Source: Octopus sinensis (Eukaryota). From it: a stretch of 64,000 bases of DNA. The notes under the pieces are model-generated. The model searched no databases, was not told the origin of the DNA, and worked only from the letters and a program-made list of their open reading frames with translations. A program made the translations under genes and the position numbers. Location of the stretch: the NCBI RefSeq assembly GCF_006345805.1, contig NC_043000.1, positions 58,032,001-58,096,000 of the forward strand, written 5' to 3'. Positions 28,727 to 41,308 of the stretch are shown here, one piece after another (the stretch's first letter is position 1; each line of letters starts with the position of its first letter).

Positions 28727-30220
28727 TATAAACGCAGCAAGTTCTTTAAATATAAAACTCAGTTCTCTCACCAGAGTTTAATTCAGTCATCAGATATTCT
28801 AATGCCAAACCAGAATATAATATATCTATCTGTGAAGTATCCATGCATCCATCCACTAGTTATCACAGAGCACCAGACTATTTAACCTGGGCTGACCACA
28901 AAATAGTGACTTGAAAAAAATGAATGACCAAGAAAAGGAATACAGGGATAGAAGAAGAAGAAAAGTCAACAGTTTAATAATCTAATGAACGATCTCACCC
29001 AAATACTGACCATTCAGTCATCCCTACTCTTTCGATTCTACTTTTTCTTTCTTTATGCGTTGGTGGAGAAGAATCGTTTTTTGAGTTACTTTCCACCTCA
29101 CTTCAATAGTGATTGAAAAAAAAAATCAACACATTAAATATATATAATATAAACACGTTAGCAAATTACTTTGGATCCCGGAAATATATGTATGTGTGTG
29201 TGTGTGATGGAGAGAAAGAGCGAGAGGAAGAAATTCTCGTTGTTTAATTGGCAAGCTTATTGGAATGTCTTTGATTAGGAAGTTTCCAATGTTGTGTCTG
29301 TTGTAAGTCACTCGTTTTCTTCTTCGTCTCTTCTTCCCTGCCTATTTTGCCTCTTTGAGGTGGTTCCTGCTGACCAGTTATTAGTAGGACTACGGTACTA
29401 GCAGCTATAAGTAAGATACAATTCCTACTATGATCATCTCAGAAACAAGCATCTTCTCAGAAGCGAAACTCAACAGCACAAAATTATTCATAATTCATAG
29501 TTTTATATTCAGAACGAGGCTTACATAAACTTCTCCTTTATTTTCACTTTTTCCTTCTGTCTTTCTAGCTATCTTTTTCTTTTTTGTTTTTCCTTTTCAC
29601 TCGCTTTCACTTTCGCTCTCATTCTTTTTTTTTTACATTCTCTTTAATTTAATTTTTTTATCATATAATATAAAAATTTCCATCGTCGAACCATCTTAAT
29701 GTATGTATTCTGCAAAATTCTCTCTCTCTGTCTCTCTCTCTCTCTCCGTATAAGTTTCTCTCTCTCTCTGTATAAGTCTCTCTTTCTCTCTCTCTTTCCA
29801 TTCGTATTCACCATTCTGTCATAGTCCTTCGTATTCTTCTCAGTCACATCATCGGAACGTTGTCTCATCTCCACCTATCCATCTTTCATATATCTTAATC
29901 TATCAGCATAAATGCCTGATTTTATATCTTCCTCCTCGCTCCATTAATTAACATACCTTTTTATCTTTCTGTCTTCAATTATTTTTGCCACATCTATATA
30001 ATAGCTATCCTTTAAAAAAAATAAATATCTCTATTTAATCATACTTTTTTCTTGACATTTCCTCGTCATTTTCTACCTATGACACAATCCCTATGTCTCT
30101 TTTTCAATCTTTCATGTACTTGGGAACAATTTTTAAATCATTTTATTTCTTGTACATTGTCTTTTATACGACATCTATTCATATTTCTATATATTTTCAT
30201 CCCGATTACACACACACACA

Positions 30221-30288
<68 letters not shown>

Positions 30289-30500
30289 TCACTTCCTGCT
30301 CTGTATTCTCTGTATTCTGAGTTTTTAATTACGTAAAAATTACAAATGTTAAAACAATTCATAGAATTAAAAATTTATTTCGAACGGTGACTGTGACCGC
30401 AAAGTTTCGCCAAATCTGGCTTTTCAAACCATAATGAGATAACAAATTATGTATATGTGTGCGTGTAGGCACGTGGCTTAGTTGTGAAGGTGTTGCACTT
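21000..30500. promoter_or_regulatory. TE-poor, CpG-retaining block; candidate unmethylated promoter/regulatory domain
   Basis: CpGs are visibly more frequent than in either flank, where TEs show CG to TG/CA decay. Few intact SINEs. GA/CT tracts. Judged by eye, not counted. Confidence 0.5.
22557..24138 (-). CDS. Candidate small spliced ORF (exons 24107-24138, 23906-23973, 23044-23108, 22557-22598); unknown product, may be UTR or lncRNA
   Basis: Canonical AG/GT sites (cag|gtgagt at 23906, cag|gtacat at 23044, long T-tract acceptor at 22598). Phases join to LLFAKEHHKGINRIYEYKSVRSARLYVMYTYNTGFCISCIMKERFLNIFNTKNDQIIRMARLVFDPSD*. No homology recognised and no start found. Confidence 0.28.
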
Positions 30501-30835
30501 ATAATCATAAGATTGTGGTTTCGATTCCTGGACTGAGTGATTCCTTGTGTTCTTGAACAAAACATTTATTTCGCGTCACTCCAGTCCCCTCAGCTGGGAA
30601 AATGAGTAATCCTACGACGGACCTGCGTCCTGTCCCAAGGGCGGACCCAAGGGGGTGGGGCCGAAGGGCACGTGCCCTCCACCCTCAAGAAAAGAAGTGC
30701 GCCTTTCTAAATAATGTTAATACGCCCTTTTCTTTTGAAATTGTATTCCTTTCTGACCTTGTGCCCTTCCTTCGAAAAATTCCTACGTCCAGTGGATGGG
30801 AAGGAATATATTTTCCACAGAATCCAGGAAACTAG
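30468..30835 (+). mobile_element. SINE family C interrupted by a GC-rich MITE (~30637-30793)
   Basis: ggcacgtggcttagttgtgaagg...ggtttcgattcctgg head. Insert agggcggacccaagg...cctacgtccag lies inside the SINE body. Confidence 0.7.
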
Positions 30836-31715
30836 CCTTGTGAAGCTTTGATCTTTTATATATATTAGGAAGTACAGCATCTTCAAAAAGAAAAAGAATT
30901 ATTGCTCTAATGCTTTAGAGTGTGCTTCTTTTTTTAATATATATATCAGCTACTGTTGATGATGATGATGATGGTGATGGTGGTGGTGGTGGTGGTGGTG
31001 GTGGTGTGTGTGTGTGTAAAACATGAAAGTATGTATAAATGTAAAAGAAACAGTAGAGTGAGGGAAGAAGTTAAAAATTGGGATTTAAAAAAAAATTGTA
31101 AATAGTCAGGTTATTGAGTATTCCATGAATGAGAAGAAGGAAAAGAAGTAAGTCAAATTTGCATTAGAATTGGTTCAATAATTGTGTGAATGAAAAGGAT
31201 GTTTAATGTAGATATGACTAATGGGTAATTCCAACAGCTGAAAAACATAAAAATGAGTCCCTGAAATTTGAAATTTTGAACAAGTCACTGTTCATACATA
31301 AAATCATAAAGCAAAGCATAAGAGATGTTACAAAATTATTGTTCAATGATATCAGTTCAATATCAATAAAGAATTTCTTACAATGAAAATTGTAGGTAAG
31401 AAAAAAGAGAGCTTAAAAAATTTATAAGCAAAAGTTTTTTTAAGGATATAAATAAGTTGACTTGCAATTTTCTATTTTATAAAAATATTAAATTTAAATA
31501 AAAGTAAGTTATCAGTGGAGCAAATAAAAGTTGAAAAAATTATATTCTTATCAAGATAGTAATAATTTACATTTCATATAATAATCAATGAAACAAATCA
31601 TTTAGAACTTAAGAAAGAGAGGAGGCTTGTACTCTGTAACAAAATATGGTTTATTCCCATAAAAATTTTGCAAAAAAAACATGAAATAAAAACTAAAAAC
31701 AAGAAGTAAATATAC

Positions 31716-32126
31716 TCACTTTTACTCTTTTACTTGTTTCAGTCATTTGACTGTGGCCATGCTGGAGCACTGCCTTTTCGTCGAAGAAATCAACCCCAGG
31801 ACTTATTTTTTGTAAGCCTAGTATTTATTCTATCAGTCTATTTTGCCGCATCACTAAGTTACAGGGACGTAAACACACCAGCATCGGTTGTCAAGTGATG
31901 ATGGGGGGACAAACACAGACACACAAACATACATACATATATATGTATATATACATATATACAACAGGCTTCGTTCTGTTTCCGTCTACCAAATCCACTC
32001 ACAAGGCTTTGGTCAGCCCGAGGCTATAGTAGAAGACACTTGCCTAAGGTGCCACGCAGTGGGACTGAACCCAAAACCATGTGGATGGTAAGCAAGCTAC
32101 TTACCACACAGCCATTCCTATGCCTA
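31716..32126 (-). mobile_element. SINE family A, full length
   Basis: Head ggaatggctgtgtggtaagtagc...gggttcagtccc (A/B boxes), internal TA/CA microsatellite, tail gtaaaagagtaaaag. Confidence 0.92.
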
Positions 32127-32308
32127 TAAATATGTCTAACATATCAAAAAATCATCTAAACAAATTTAAGAAGCTAAAATATACTTTATCATCATCGTTT
32201 GTGCATTCATTGTTTCTTGCTTTGGACAAGTCCTCTTCAACACTGTCCTACTAATTGTTATGCTATTTTCTCATCTCCTTCATGAAGTTTAGCATCCTGA
32301 AATCAGCT

Positions 32309-32536
32309 TAATCCATTTAGTCATATCCAGCCAGTTTTATGCCCAAACTGGCCAGATTCAGGCTCTCACACTCTTCTTACAATGCCATTCTTAAAATAAA
32401 CAAGTTAGGGTTAGGGTTAGGGTCCCTTTGTGTCATAGATATTTCAAAGCTAAAAGGCAATGCTTGACTAATTCAAAGCAATGTGAACAAATAAACCTTA
32501 GATTCGACAAAGTAATCTGGATGCTAAAAGGTTAAA
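32309..32536. mobile_element. TTAA-flanked piggyBac-like MITE containing (TTAGGG)3 at 32405-32422
   Basis: ttaatccattt...aaaaggttaa termini. Three perfect TTAGGG units inside. Confidence 0.55.
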
Positions 32537-32639
32537 CAATTCTACATATGTTTTCCTTGGTTTTCTGTTTCCAACATTTTCCTTTCACATGAATGTTTTG
32601 GCACCTCTTTATCCAGCTGTCATTATCCATATGCACTAC

Positions 32640-32870
32640 ATGCCTGTACCAATGTAGTGCTCACTGCTGCGCAGTACACCTAATTACTTAAAATACAGTA
32701 TTTTTCTCTCAGTTCAAATGTGCTTTGTCATTTATTCATACCAACATTACACATCCAGTTGAGCATGCTTGCTTCATGTCTTTCCAGCTTTTACACATCC
32801 TCTTTATTCAGTCCTCGTATTACCACCATACAGTATTGTAGTCTGTACACAAGTGTCATACAATTTACCC
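32640..32870 (-). mobile_element. RTE RT fragment, decayed
   Basis: YDTCVQTTILYG...KLERHEASMLNWMCNV, homologous to 42050-42246. Confidence 0.7.
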
Positions 32871-32959
32871 TATCTTGCCTGAAGAGCAAAGGATTGATTT
32901 TATGATGCTTGTATAAGAACTATGTTGTCAGCAAAGGTTATAATTCCTTGCGCACTCCC

Positions 32960-33445
32960 TAGGCTTGGCTATGAGGTAAAGAAGTTTCCTTTGCAACCAC
33001 ATATTTTCAGGTTCAGTCCCACAGGATGGCACCTTAGGTAAGTGTTTTCTTTTGGGTTGGTGCATAATTAATGATCACTTTTGTATTCTAAATTCTGTTG
33101 TAAATTAAATTATAAAGCAGTCATTAATTTCGCACCAACCCAGTAGTAAAGCGTTGGGCTAACCAGTGCCTTGTGAGTGAATTTGGTAGAGAGAAACTTT
33201 GTGGAAGCCTGTTATATATATGTATTTGATGTCTCTTTGTGTTTGTGTTTGCCCCACCTCCCACCCCCACCCTTCATCCACTACTTGGCAACTGGCATTT
33301 TCTTTGTTTATATATCTGTAACATGGTGGTTTGGCAAAAAGAAGCCAATAGAGTGAGTTCCAGACCTTAAAAAATAAGTATGGGGTTGATTTGTCTGACA
33401 AAACCCTCTAAGGTAAAACCCCAACATGGCCACAGTCCAATGGCT
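32960..33445 (+). mobile_element. SINE family A, degenerate
   Basis: Head ...caggttcagtcccac and tail ...cagtccaatggctgaaacaaataa. Confidence 0.75.
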
Positions 33446-35023
33446 GAAACAAATAATAGAAAGATAAAACTACTGTTTTATTTCTGGCTGCTATGCTTTC
33501 AGAGCACCATCTTTCACTAATGGCTAGATCACCCAGGAAATAGAAGCTATCAACTACTGCTATGGAGAGTTCCAAGTATTGGAGAGAGTTTATTTTGCTG
33601 GTGGTTTGACTACTAAACACTCATATGCATACCTCATACAAAGTCTACATTTATCATCAACCTGCCTTTCATCCTAGTACAACTCCTGTACAAATCTCTA
33701 CCTACTCTTCTGCATATTAAGATGGGAACCACTAACCTTTTATATCTGACAGTGATACTCATTTACACCTATCATGCAAAGTTAAGACAAAGCAACCGTA
33801 ACACACATATGCTTATATCTACTAAATCCACTCACAAAGGCTTTGTTTAGCCTGGGGCTATAGTAGAAAACACTCACGCAAGGTGCCATTTAGTGGGACT
33901 GAACCTGAAACCATGTGGTTAGAAAACAAACTTCTTATCATACAACCATGCCTATCCCTATTTATTAGTAAAAATGAAAAAGTTGTCAAAGCATAGTACC
34001 TACAATCCTTGTGGAAGGTATTTATTCCAAGACAATATAAAACAATTGATGTAAGACAAATGATGATATGATCATCATGAACATCATTATGAAAATAAGA
34101 CACTGATAAAGATGAAATGGCAATTGTATTACTTCAATATTTTAAGACCTAAAACTCTACCATTCAGTTGTGTTCTCTCTAGAATTTTGCTTTCTTCAAC
34201 ATGATCAAAATGAAATTCCTTGATTTCTGTTTTCGGTTTGCCATTATTTCTGGCTAAACTTACCAGTAAATATATTGTAAAAATGTAATGCTGTAATGGT
34301 AATGATTACATGTATTTTGAATGTGGAAAATTTACAGAGGCTGATGTACAATTTTAACTTAAAGTGAGATAAGAAAATGGTTGGGTACTGAAGTCAATAG
34401 CTGATGGATACAGGAAATGCAACTGTGCTGTGATGGCCATATATGCAAACTGATGATATCTGGTGGAAGAAAGGTTGGTATGTATTGATACTGGAAAGCA
34501 GCTGTGGCTGAGGAAAAATGCAAGTACAGGAAGTGTTAAGATCAGATCTCAAAAAGTTATGTTTCAAGGTCACAGGTGACATGTCACAGTTGAACCAAAC
34601 AGTGATGTGTTTTGCTGCAGACTCATTCAATTTGTGACAATATTTTTAAAACTACTTAAAACAATGATGAAGATGATTATAATAATCAGTATTATCATAC
34701 TCATGATTAAGATCTAATGAATGGTTTAACTTTTTTCCAATAAGCCTATTGGCATAAACCAATGATTCCCAGCCTTTCAGCATTTACTCTTTCCCTGTGC
34801 AATCACCACTTTTCAAATCTACAAGGTAAGGCATGATAATTTTTATCAATGTGAATAAATAATTATTACATTTGAGAACGAAATCTGAATACAAAGAGTT
34901 AAACAAAGTCACTGTGCAAGTCATTAGTCATCCCTTAGGATAGCTAGATGACCCTCATTACTCTGATAGATGAACAGGAGATATGGTTAGACCACAAAAC
35001 TTAATCTTTAGATTGTTATTTAC

Positions 35024-35066
35024 CTATTAGTAATACTGATTTTCTCTTCATCAATATTGCTCAAGC
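35024..35066 (-). CDS. Candidate 43-nt internal exon, (G)LSNIDEEKISITN(S/R)
   Basis: Good acceptor gttctttcacag|, donor ag|gtaaat, open frame, non-repetitive sequence. No homology recognised. Confidence 0.3.
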
Positions 35067-35109
35067 CTGTGAAAGAACTGCTTCTATATGGTCATTTGAT
35101 ATAATAGGC

Positions 35110-35680
35110 ATAAGAGGAATTAGTTGCTGTGTGCAAGAGAAAAGATTGCACTGGTCTGGTCATGTGATGTAGAAGGATGCTGACAACTCTATAAAGAAGT
35201 GCTGATCTCTCAAAATAGATGGAACATGTGGAAGTGGAAGACCTAGGAAGACTTGGGATGAAGAATGACCTCAGGACACTGAACTTTTCAAGCAAGATGG
35301 CAAAGGACCAAGATGCCTGGCACCTTGCTGTACTCAAGAAGACCTGTATTTCATAGCAGAAGTGTTAAGACCAGTGTAAAGCAGTCGTGGTGGTTCCACA
35401 TAAAAGCACTTGCGCAGCACTATGTAGAAGCACCTGTACAGTGCCATGTAAAAGTGCCCATGCAGTGCCACATAAAACTGCCCGTGTGGTACCATGTTAA
35501 AGTGCGTGTGTGGTGCCACATAAAAGCACCTAGCACACTCTGTAAAGTAGTTGGCATATCCAGTTGTAGAAAATCATGTCAAATAAGACTGGAGCTCCTC
35601 AGCTTGCCAAGTCTGGTCAAAGCATCCAACCCATGCCAGCATAGACAACAGATGTTAAATAATGATGATGATGATGATGA
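35110..35680 (+). mobile_element. Older RTE 3' end with a 21-bp minisatellite (35383-35532) in the 3'UTR
   Basis: LHWSGHVM...IDGTCGSGRPRKTWDEE. About 7 units of gtggtgccacataaaagcac. (GAT)n tail. Confidence 0.8.
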
Positions 35681-35894
35681 ATGTGTATTGGTAGAGTCTG
35701 TAAAATAATCTTCTTTCCAGTTGGCCTTATTGGCTATCAAATCTCCTCTAACACAAAACATTCTAAGGTTTGATCTTTTTCAAAAAAAAAAAAAAAAAAA
35801 TTTAACTAACATCTACCACTAACAAACAATACATTTTTTTAATGAAATCAAAATTCAATAAAACAAAAATTTGAATTTAGATCAATAAAATAAA

Positions 35895-36965
35895 TTGATG
35901 TGTCTAGCATACAGTAGTGTAACAATACAACAAATATACTATAACAATGTGTTTGTCTGGTGTCCAGTGTAAAATGATGTACTGTAATATTGTGTCTAAT
36001 TTGATGTTTCTTATGGTGGAAGAGGGTAAGATAAAAGTAAGAGCCTGCGAGATTTAGAAAAAAGTGCAACAAATTTTGATGTTTAATAAAATTAAGATTT
36101 TTTTTAATAACTATAATTCTGAAAAAACTGAGGTGTGTGGAAAATAAAAGTTATATGGATGCAAACTCTATTTTGCTTTCTTATTTATTAAGAGGGGAGA
36201 GCCCCCAAAATGGATGGAAAGCAAAGGCAACCTTAGTGAAATTTGAGCACAGAATATAAAGAGGAATAAAAAGACTGCTAAGCTTTTTGCCCAACATGCT
36301 AACAATTCTGTCAACCTTTCAGTGTAACAGTATAATAGGACTATAATAATACAACTACCTGGTATACCATTTAACAATATAATAGCAGGACTGTAATAAA
36401 TCTGGAAACAGTAGTGACTAAGAGGTGGTCCCACACTCCTCTAGAACCCTGGAACTCCTGAACTAAGGCCCCACTACTGGATGTGGTTTAAAATCATACC
36501 TGTGCATACATGTGTGTTTGTATGTGTGTGGTTGGGACAGTTCCTTTTCCATGTGTCTTTGCTTAATACCATTTAGTGTACAATGTAACACTATAGTAGA
36601 AGGATTGTTACAATGTGGCTATTTAATATACAGTGTAAAATATAAAAGCAGGACTAATAACTTGGCTGGTGTACGGTGTAACAATATTATAGAAGGACTA
36701 TAATAATGTTGCTCTTTGTTGTATAATGTTACAATATCTTGTGTACAGTATAATAATAATGTGTCTGTATAACAATATAATAGTTAATAACATGTCTGGT
36801 GCAGAATGTAACATTATGGAGAATGTACTGTGATAATGTATCTGGCAGAGTGTATAATAGATGTTCTGAAATGTATGTAGTGTACAGTGTAACAAGATGA
36901 TGGATGGACTGTAATAATATGTATGTCTAATGAACAGTGTAATGATATAAAAGTGGGACTAATAA
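35895..36965. repeat. Ancient degenerate minisatellite (core tgtctggtgtacagtgtaacaat...ggactntaataa)
   Basis: Core motif recurs many times with roughly 40-50 bp period, interrupted by SINE fragments. Confidence 0.6.
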
Positions 36966-37736
36966 TTTCTCTGTTATTTGGTTTCATGTAACCGCAACCA
37001 TGTCTCTTTCAAATTCCAACCTAATTATATCTGAATGAATATATTGGCTTATTATGTTCTCAATGTATTATGTCATAGATGAAGACAGGACAGTTACATC
37101 TGGACTGCTCACCAAACAATAATAATTCAACATGGAGAAAGATCATTGATTGTACCTAATTATTCAGTTGATTATATATGTACATGTGTGTGTGTGTGTG
37201 TGCATGATGGACTAAGCAGAATAAGAGGAGATATGTGGGACAAAGTATCGCTAATGAGATCACAGGATGTATGATGAAAGAGCTTGGACAAAGACACTAA
37301 AAAAATAAAAATAAAGCTGAAGTGAAGACCAAATATATAGTGTGTGTGTGTATACTTGGCAAAATATGGCCATCCCAAAGTATAACAATATATATATTCA
37401 GTCTGCTGAAATGAATTGATAGGTCCATCTTTTTTTCTCTGATGAAATTATACTCATGTCACATAAATGCAAATTTAATGTACAAATTTATAATTAAATT
37501 ATTGAGTATTAATTGAAACGGCTGTAAGAAGCGAAGATGACCAATTTGTTAATAATAAATAATTGTTAACTTCCTTATCTCCATTTCCTTTTTTTCCTTT
37601 AACTGTATATAAATTATATGCTTAATATATACCTATTGTTTTAAGGGAATTTGATTCCCCAACAATACTAGGTATTGAACCAATATTTCCTTGGATGCAA
37701 CCATCCCTTCATGAGGTTAACATATCCTCTAATTGA

Positions 37737-37768
<32 letters not shown>

Positions 37769-38393
37769 GCATATATGTATGTATCTTGGCAAAATCAGAC
37801 CTTGACTAAGGCTACTAAATAATCCCAAAGATATTGCACACTGACTGAATCCATGGTGCTAAATTCCACAGCCACCACTAAAATGCAGATCACACACTGA
37901 ACACATATTCTGTGCTCCACTTGGTTTAGAGACATTCAACCAAGGATCCCTTTCATTCAATTTTTGATACCAACCCATTCCATCAAAACATACACATATT
38001 TATGTATATATATGTGCATACATGTGTGTTTGCATGTGTGTGGTTGGGACAGTTCCTTTTCCATGTGTCTTTGCTTAATACCATTTGAGTCACAGTGATA
38101 TCATGTTTACATGCCCTAAATGTGATACACTCTATAGCTCAATGGTTTTGATATGTGAGGATCAGTGGAACCAAAATATTTGAAAGACAGATAATGGTTA
38201 CTGACAGTAAAGGTTTATGGCCATAGGATATTATCTCAGTATATTTTGTCACATCTATGCCAGCATGTAAAAATAACCATAAAATAATAACAAAGTCAGG
38301 GAGATGAGAGGCAAAGTTAATACTGATGGAATTTGAATGCAGAGCAAACAGTAAAATGGTTGAATATAATAAATAGAGTAAAATTTCGAATCT

Positions 38394-38514
38394 AAGGAAA
38401 CTGGTGAGGATCTATATGTCTTACTCACTCCCTGTGTAGTCTTTGGCAAGACAAGGAAACTGGTGAGGATCTATCTGTCTTACTCACTCCCTGTGTAGTC
38501 TTTGGCAAGACAAG
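38394..38514. repeat. 59-bp tandem duplication (1 mismatch)
   Basis: aaggaaactggtgaggatctat(a/c)tgtcttactcactccctgtgtagtctttggcaagac occurs twice. Confidence 0.97.
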
Positions 38515-39484
38515 TGACTCCATCATCTGACAGTTGCAAAATAAGAACTTGAAATATACTGTCTACACAGTATGGCAACTGAATTTATTCAACATTTCAG
38601 GGGCTCTTCTTTAAATACTGTGAAAGGCATTTTATATGGTAAATCACTGTTCTAAGCATTATATCTAATGACTCATTGAAAGAAATTGATTTGAATGCAA
38701 TAAAAAAAAAGTTTGTTCTATGTAAAATGTGATTTTATGAAAAAAAAAAAAAAACTTACATCATTTTTATTTATTGATACAAAGGAAGAAATGATCTAAT
38801 TGATCTAACCTCATAAACTGCAACTTTGTTGAGGAGACAGAGAAAATGGGTTCAATTCAAATACTCATCCTTTGCATCTTTTGTTTGTCTGATGTTATTC
38901 TGCGATAAGTAAAATTAGAATAGGAAAAAAAAAATGTTGGGGGAAATCAATAAAAATCCATTAATCACTAATATAATGACCAGAAAAAAAGGTTATCAGT
39001 TCATGTTCTGAATAATAATAGCGCATTAATCAGAGTAGTGATATTTAATAGGAAATAAACCTTGCCATCTCCCAGATATTTATTTATAGAGGAATCTATC
39101 ATGGAAGGAGTGAAACTTACTAAATCTCTCAGTAATTTTCCATATTCTTTTAGTCCCCTCCCTCTCTCTTCATTCAGCTCAACCTTTTATCTGGTGGAAG
39201 ATAGATAATATAGCATTAGAAAATCATACAGTGTCTGTATGTATATATATATATTTTATAGATATATAATATATAAAAGGAAATGGGATGAAAAATAAAA
39301 CAAATAAACTGAATGAAACATGTGGTGAAATGTATGATAAGTAGAGCAGTGAAGCTTTAATAGAATGACTTGTAAAAGTTGTAGAGCAAATGTGACATGC
39401 ATAATCCAAGAGTTATGTTGACTTACATGTGTATTGGAAGTCAGCACTTTGTATAGGTCCCAAATGCTAGTTGTAAGACAGAGG

Positions 39485-39519
<35 letters not shown>

Positions 39520-39520
39520 C

Positions 39521-39555
<35 letters not shown>

Positions 39556-40949
39556 CGCACACACACATAACACACTCATAAATACACAAGCTCACACTCA
39601 TGTACACATACACACAAACACACACACAAAATTCTACTGACAGCAACTTCAAAATTTCTGACAAGGTCAATGACCAGGAAAACTTTGAAGTCAGTGTCAA
39701 TGAAATTATCAAAAATATCAGTCTCTACACTTATTTTTCAGTTAATGTTCACTGCTTTAATGCATATAAAAAGCACAAATTTCTAACTACATATACACAC
39801 ACATATATTTGCTCAAAGCTGATAACTCCCTTTGTTTTGCCATTCCAAGTTTCTCCTTATGTGTGATTGTTTAAGCAACAAGGATCACCTGAAGGATTTC
39901 ATGAGAGAGTGAACAATCTCTTTAAGATGAATAAAATGTTGTGCAGACAACCCATCGAAAAGAACAATTGCTGCATCACTGTATCAACCAGACTGTTGGA
40001 TGTTGTTATACACCGCTGATCACAATGTATTTCCTCACATTGTTGTAGCTTTCAAATGATAGCAATCTAATAACTATTGGTACGCAGGCCAATATTCTCT
40101 GCTGAATGGAATGTTAGACCATCACAGGGTTACGCATATCCAGCTGAGTGAACTGGAGCAATGAGGAATGAAGGGTTTTGAACACAATGCACCATCAGTC
40201 TGGAAATTCAAACCACAATCTAATCTGGTGGTCAGACAAAATTTCAAACAGAAGCCTGTGGGGTAGAATGAACCAAACTTCCTTCCATAAATCAAGAAAT
40301 TCTGAAAAGGAAATGAGGCCAGATTGGTTACACTCTAAGGAGACCTCCAAGCAGCATTACAAGACAAAGTGTTAAACTGGCAACCTGAAGGAAAGAGGGA
40401 AGTTGGATGACCTAAGACGACCTGGAAAGGATGTGTGGAAGAAGAAACGAAAGCAATTGGTCTCTCTTGATCTGAAAAGAAAGAGGTAGCCCAAGATAGC
40501 ATCTACTGACATGAAATAGTCACAATCTATGCTTCTCATGGAAAATGTGGACTAAGTGAATGTGTGTGTGTGTGTACAATGATGGCAGATTAACAATGCT
40601 ATTGGATTTATATATTGTTCAATGGTAGTATAAAAGGCATACGACAAGAGCATGTGGCCTATAGGCTACAATTTGAGGTAGAATGAAGGCCGATCTTGCT
40701 TATGTTATAGCATAGAGGGATGGATGGATGGTGGAGCAAGGAAATACATAGACAAACAGAAAAACACAGATAGGTAAGCAGAGAGAGAGAAATAGAGATA
40801 GAGAGAGAGAGAGCAAAGAAGAAGAATGAGATGAGATTGAGTTGAGATATTAGTCATATTGTAACAGACTAGCATTTAGAGTGCTGATAAATTTATTTGA
40901 TTTGAGGATTGAAATATGTAATAATTGAACTTGAATACCCGAGTAGAGC

Positions 40950-41081
40950 CATTTATATGTTTGTAAGCCTAGTACTTATTCTATCGGTCTCTTTTGCCGA
41001 ACCGCTAAGTTACAGGGACGTAAACACACCAGCATCGGTTGTCAAGCGATGTTGGAGGAACAAATGCAGACACACAAACAT

Positions 41082-41124
<43 letters not shown>

Positions 41125-41275
41125 TACAATGGGCTTCTTTCAGTTTCTCTCTACCAAATCCACTCATAAGGCTTTGGTCAGCCTGAGACTATAGTAGGTG
41201 CTATGCAGTGGGACTGAACCCAGAACCATGTGGTTCGTAAGCAAACTACTTACCACACAGCCACTCCTACATCTA
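40950..41275 (-). mobile_element. SINE family A
   Basis: Homologous to 31716-32126. Confidence 0.85.
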
Positions 41276-41276
41276 T

Positions 41277-41307
<31 letters not shown>

Positions 41308-41308
<1 letters not shown>

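Noticed and set aside
32405-32422. G-quadruplex at the telomeric repeat
   Set aside because: Only three G-tracts, too few for an intramolecular G4.
39600-39866. FN3-like segment IIKNISLYTYFSVNVHCFN
   Set aside because: Superficial match only: the conserved W, L-x-P and G are missing, there is no convincing donor, and it starts in a CA repeat.
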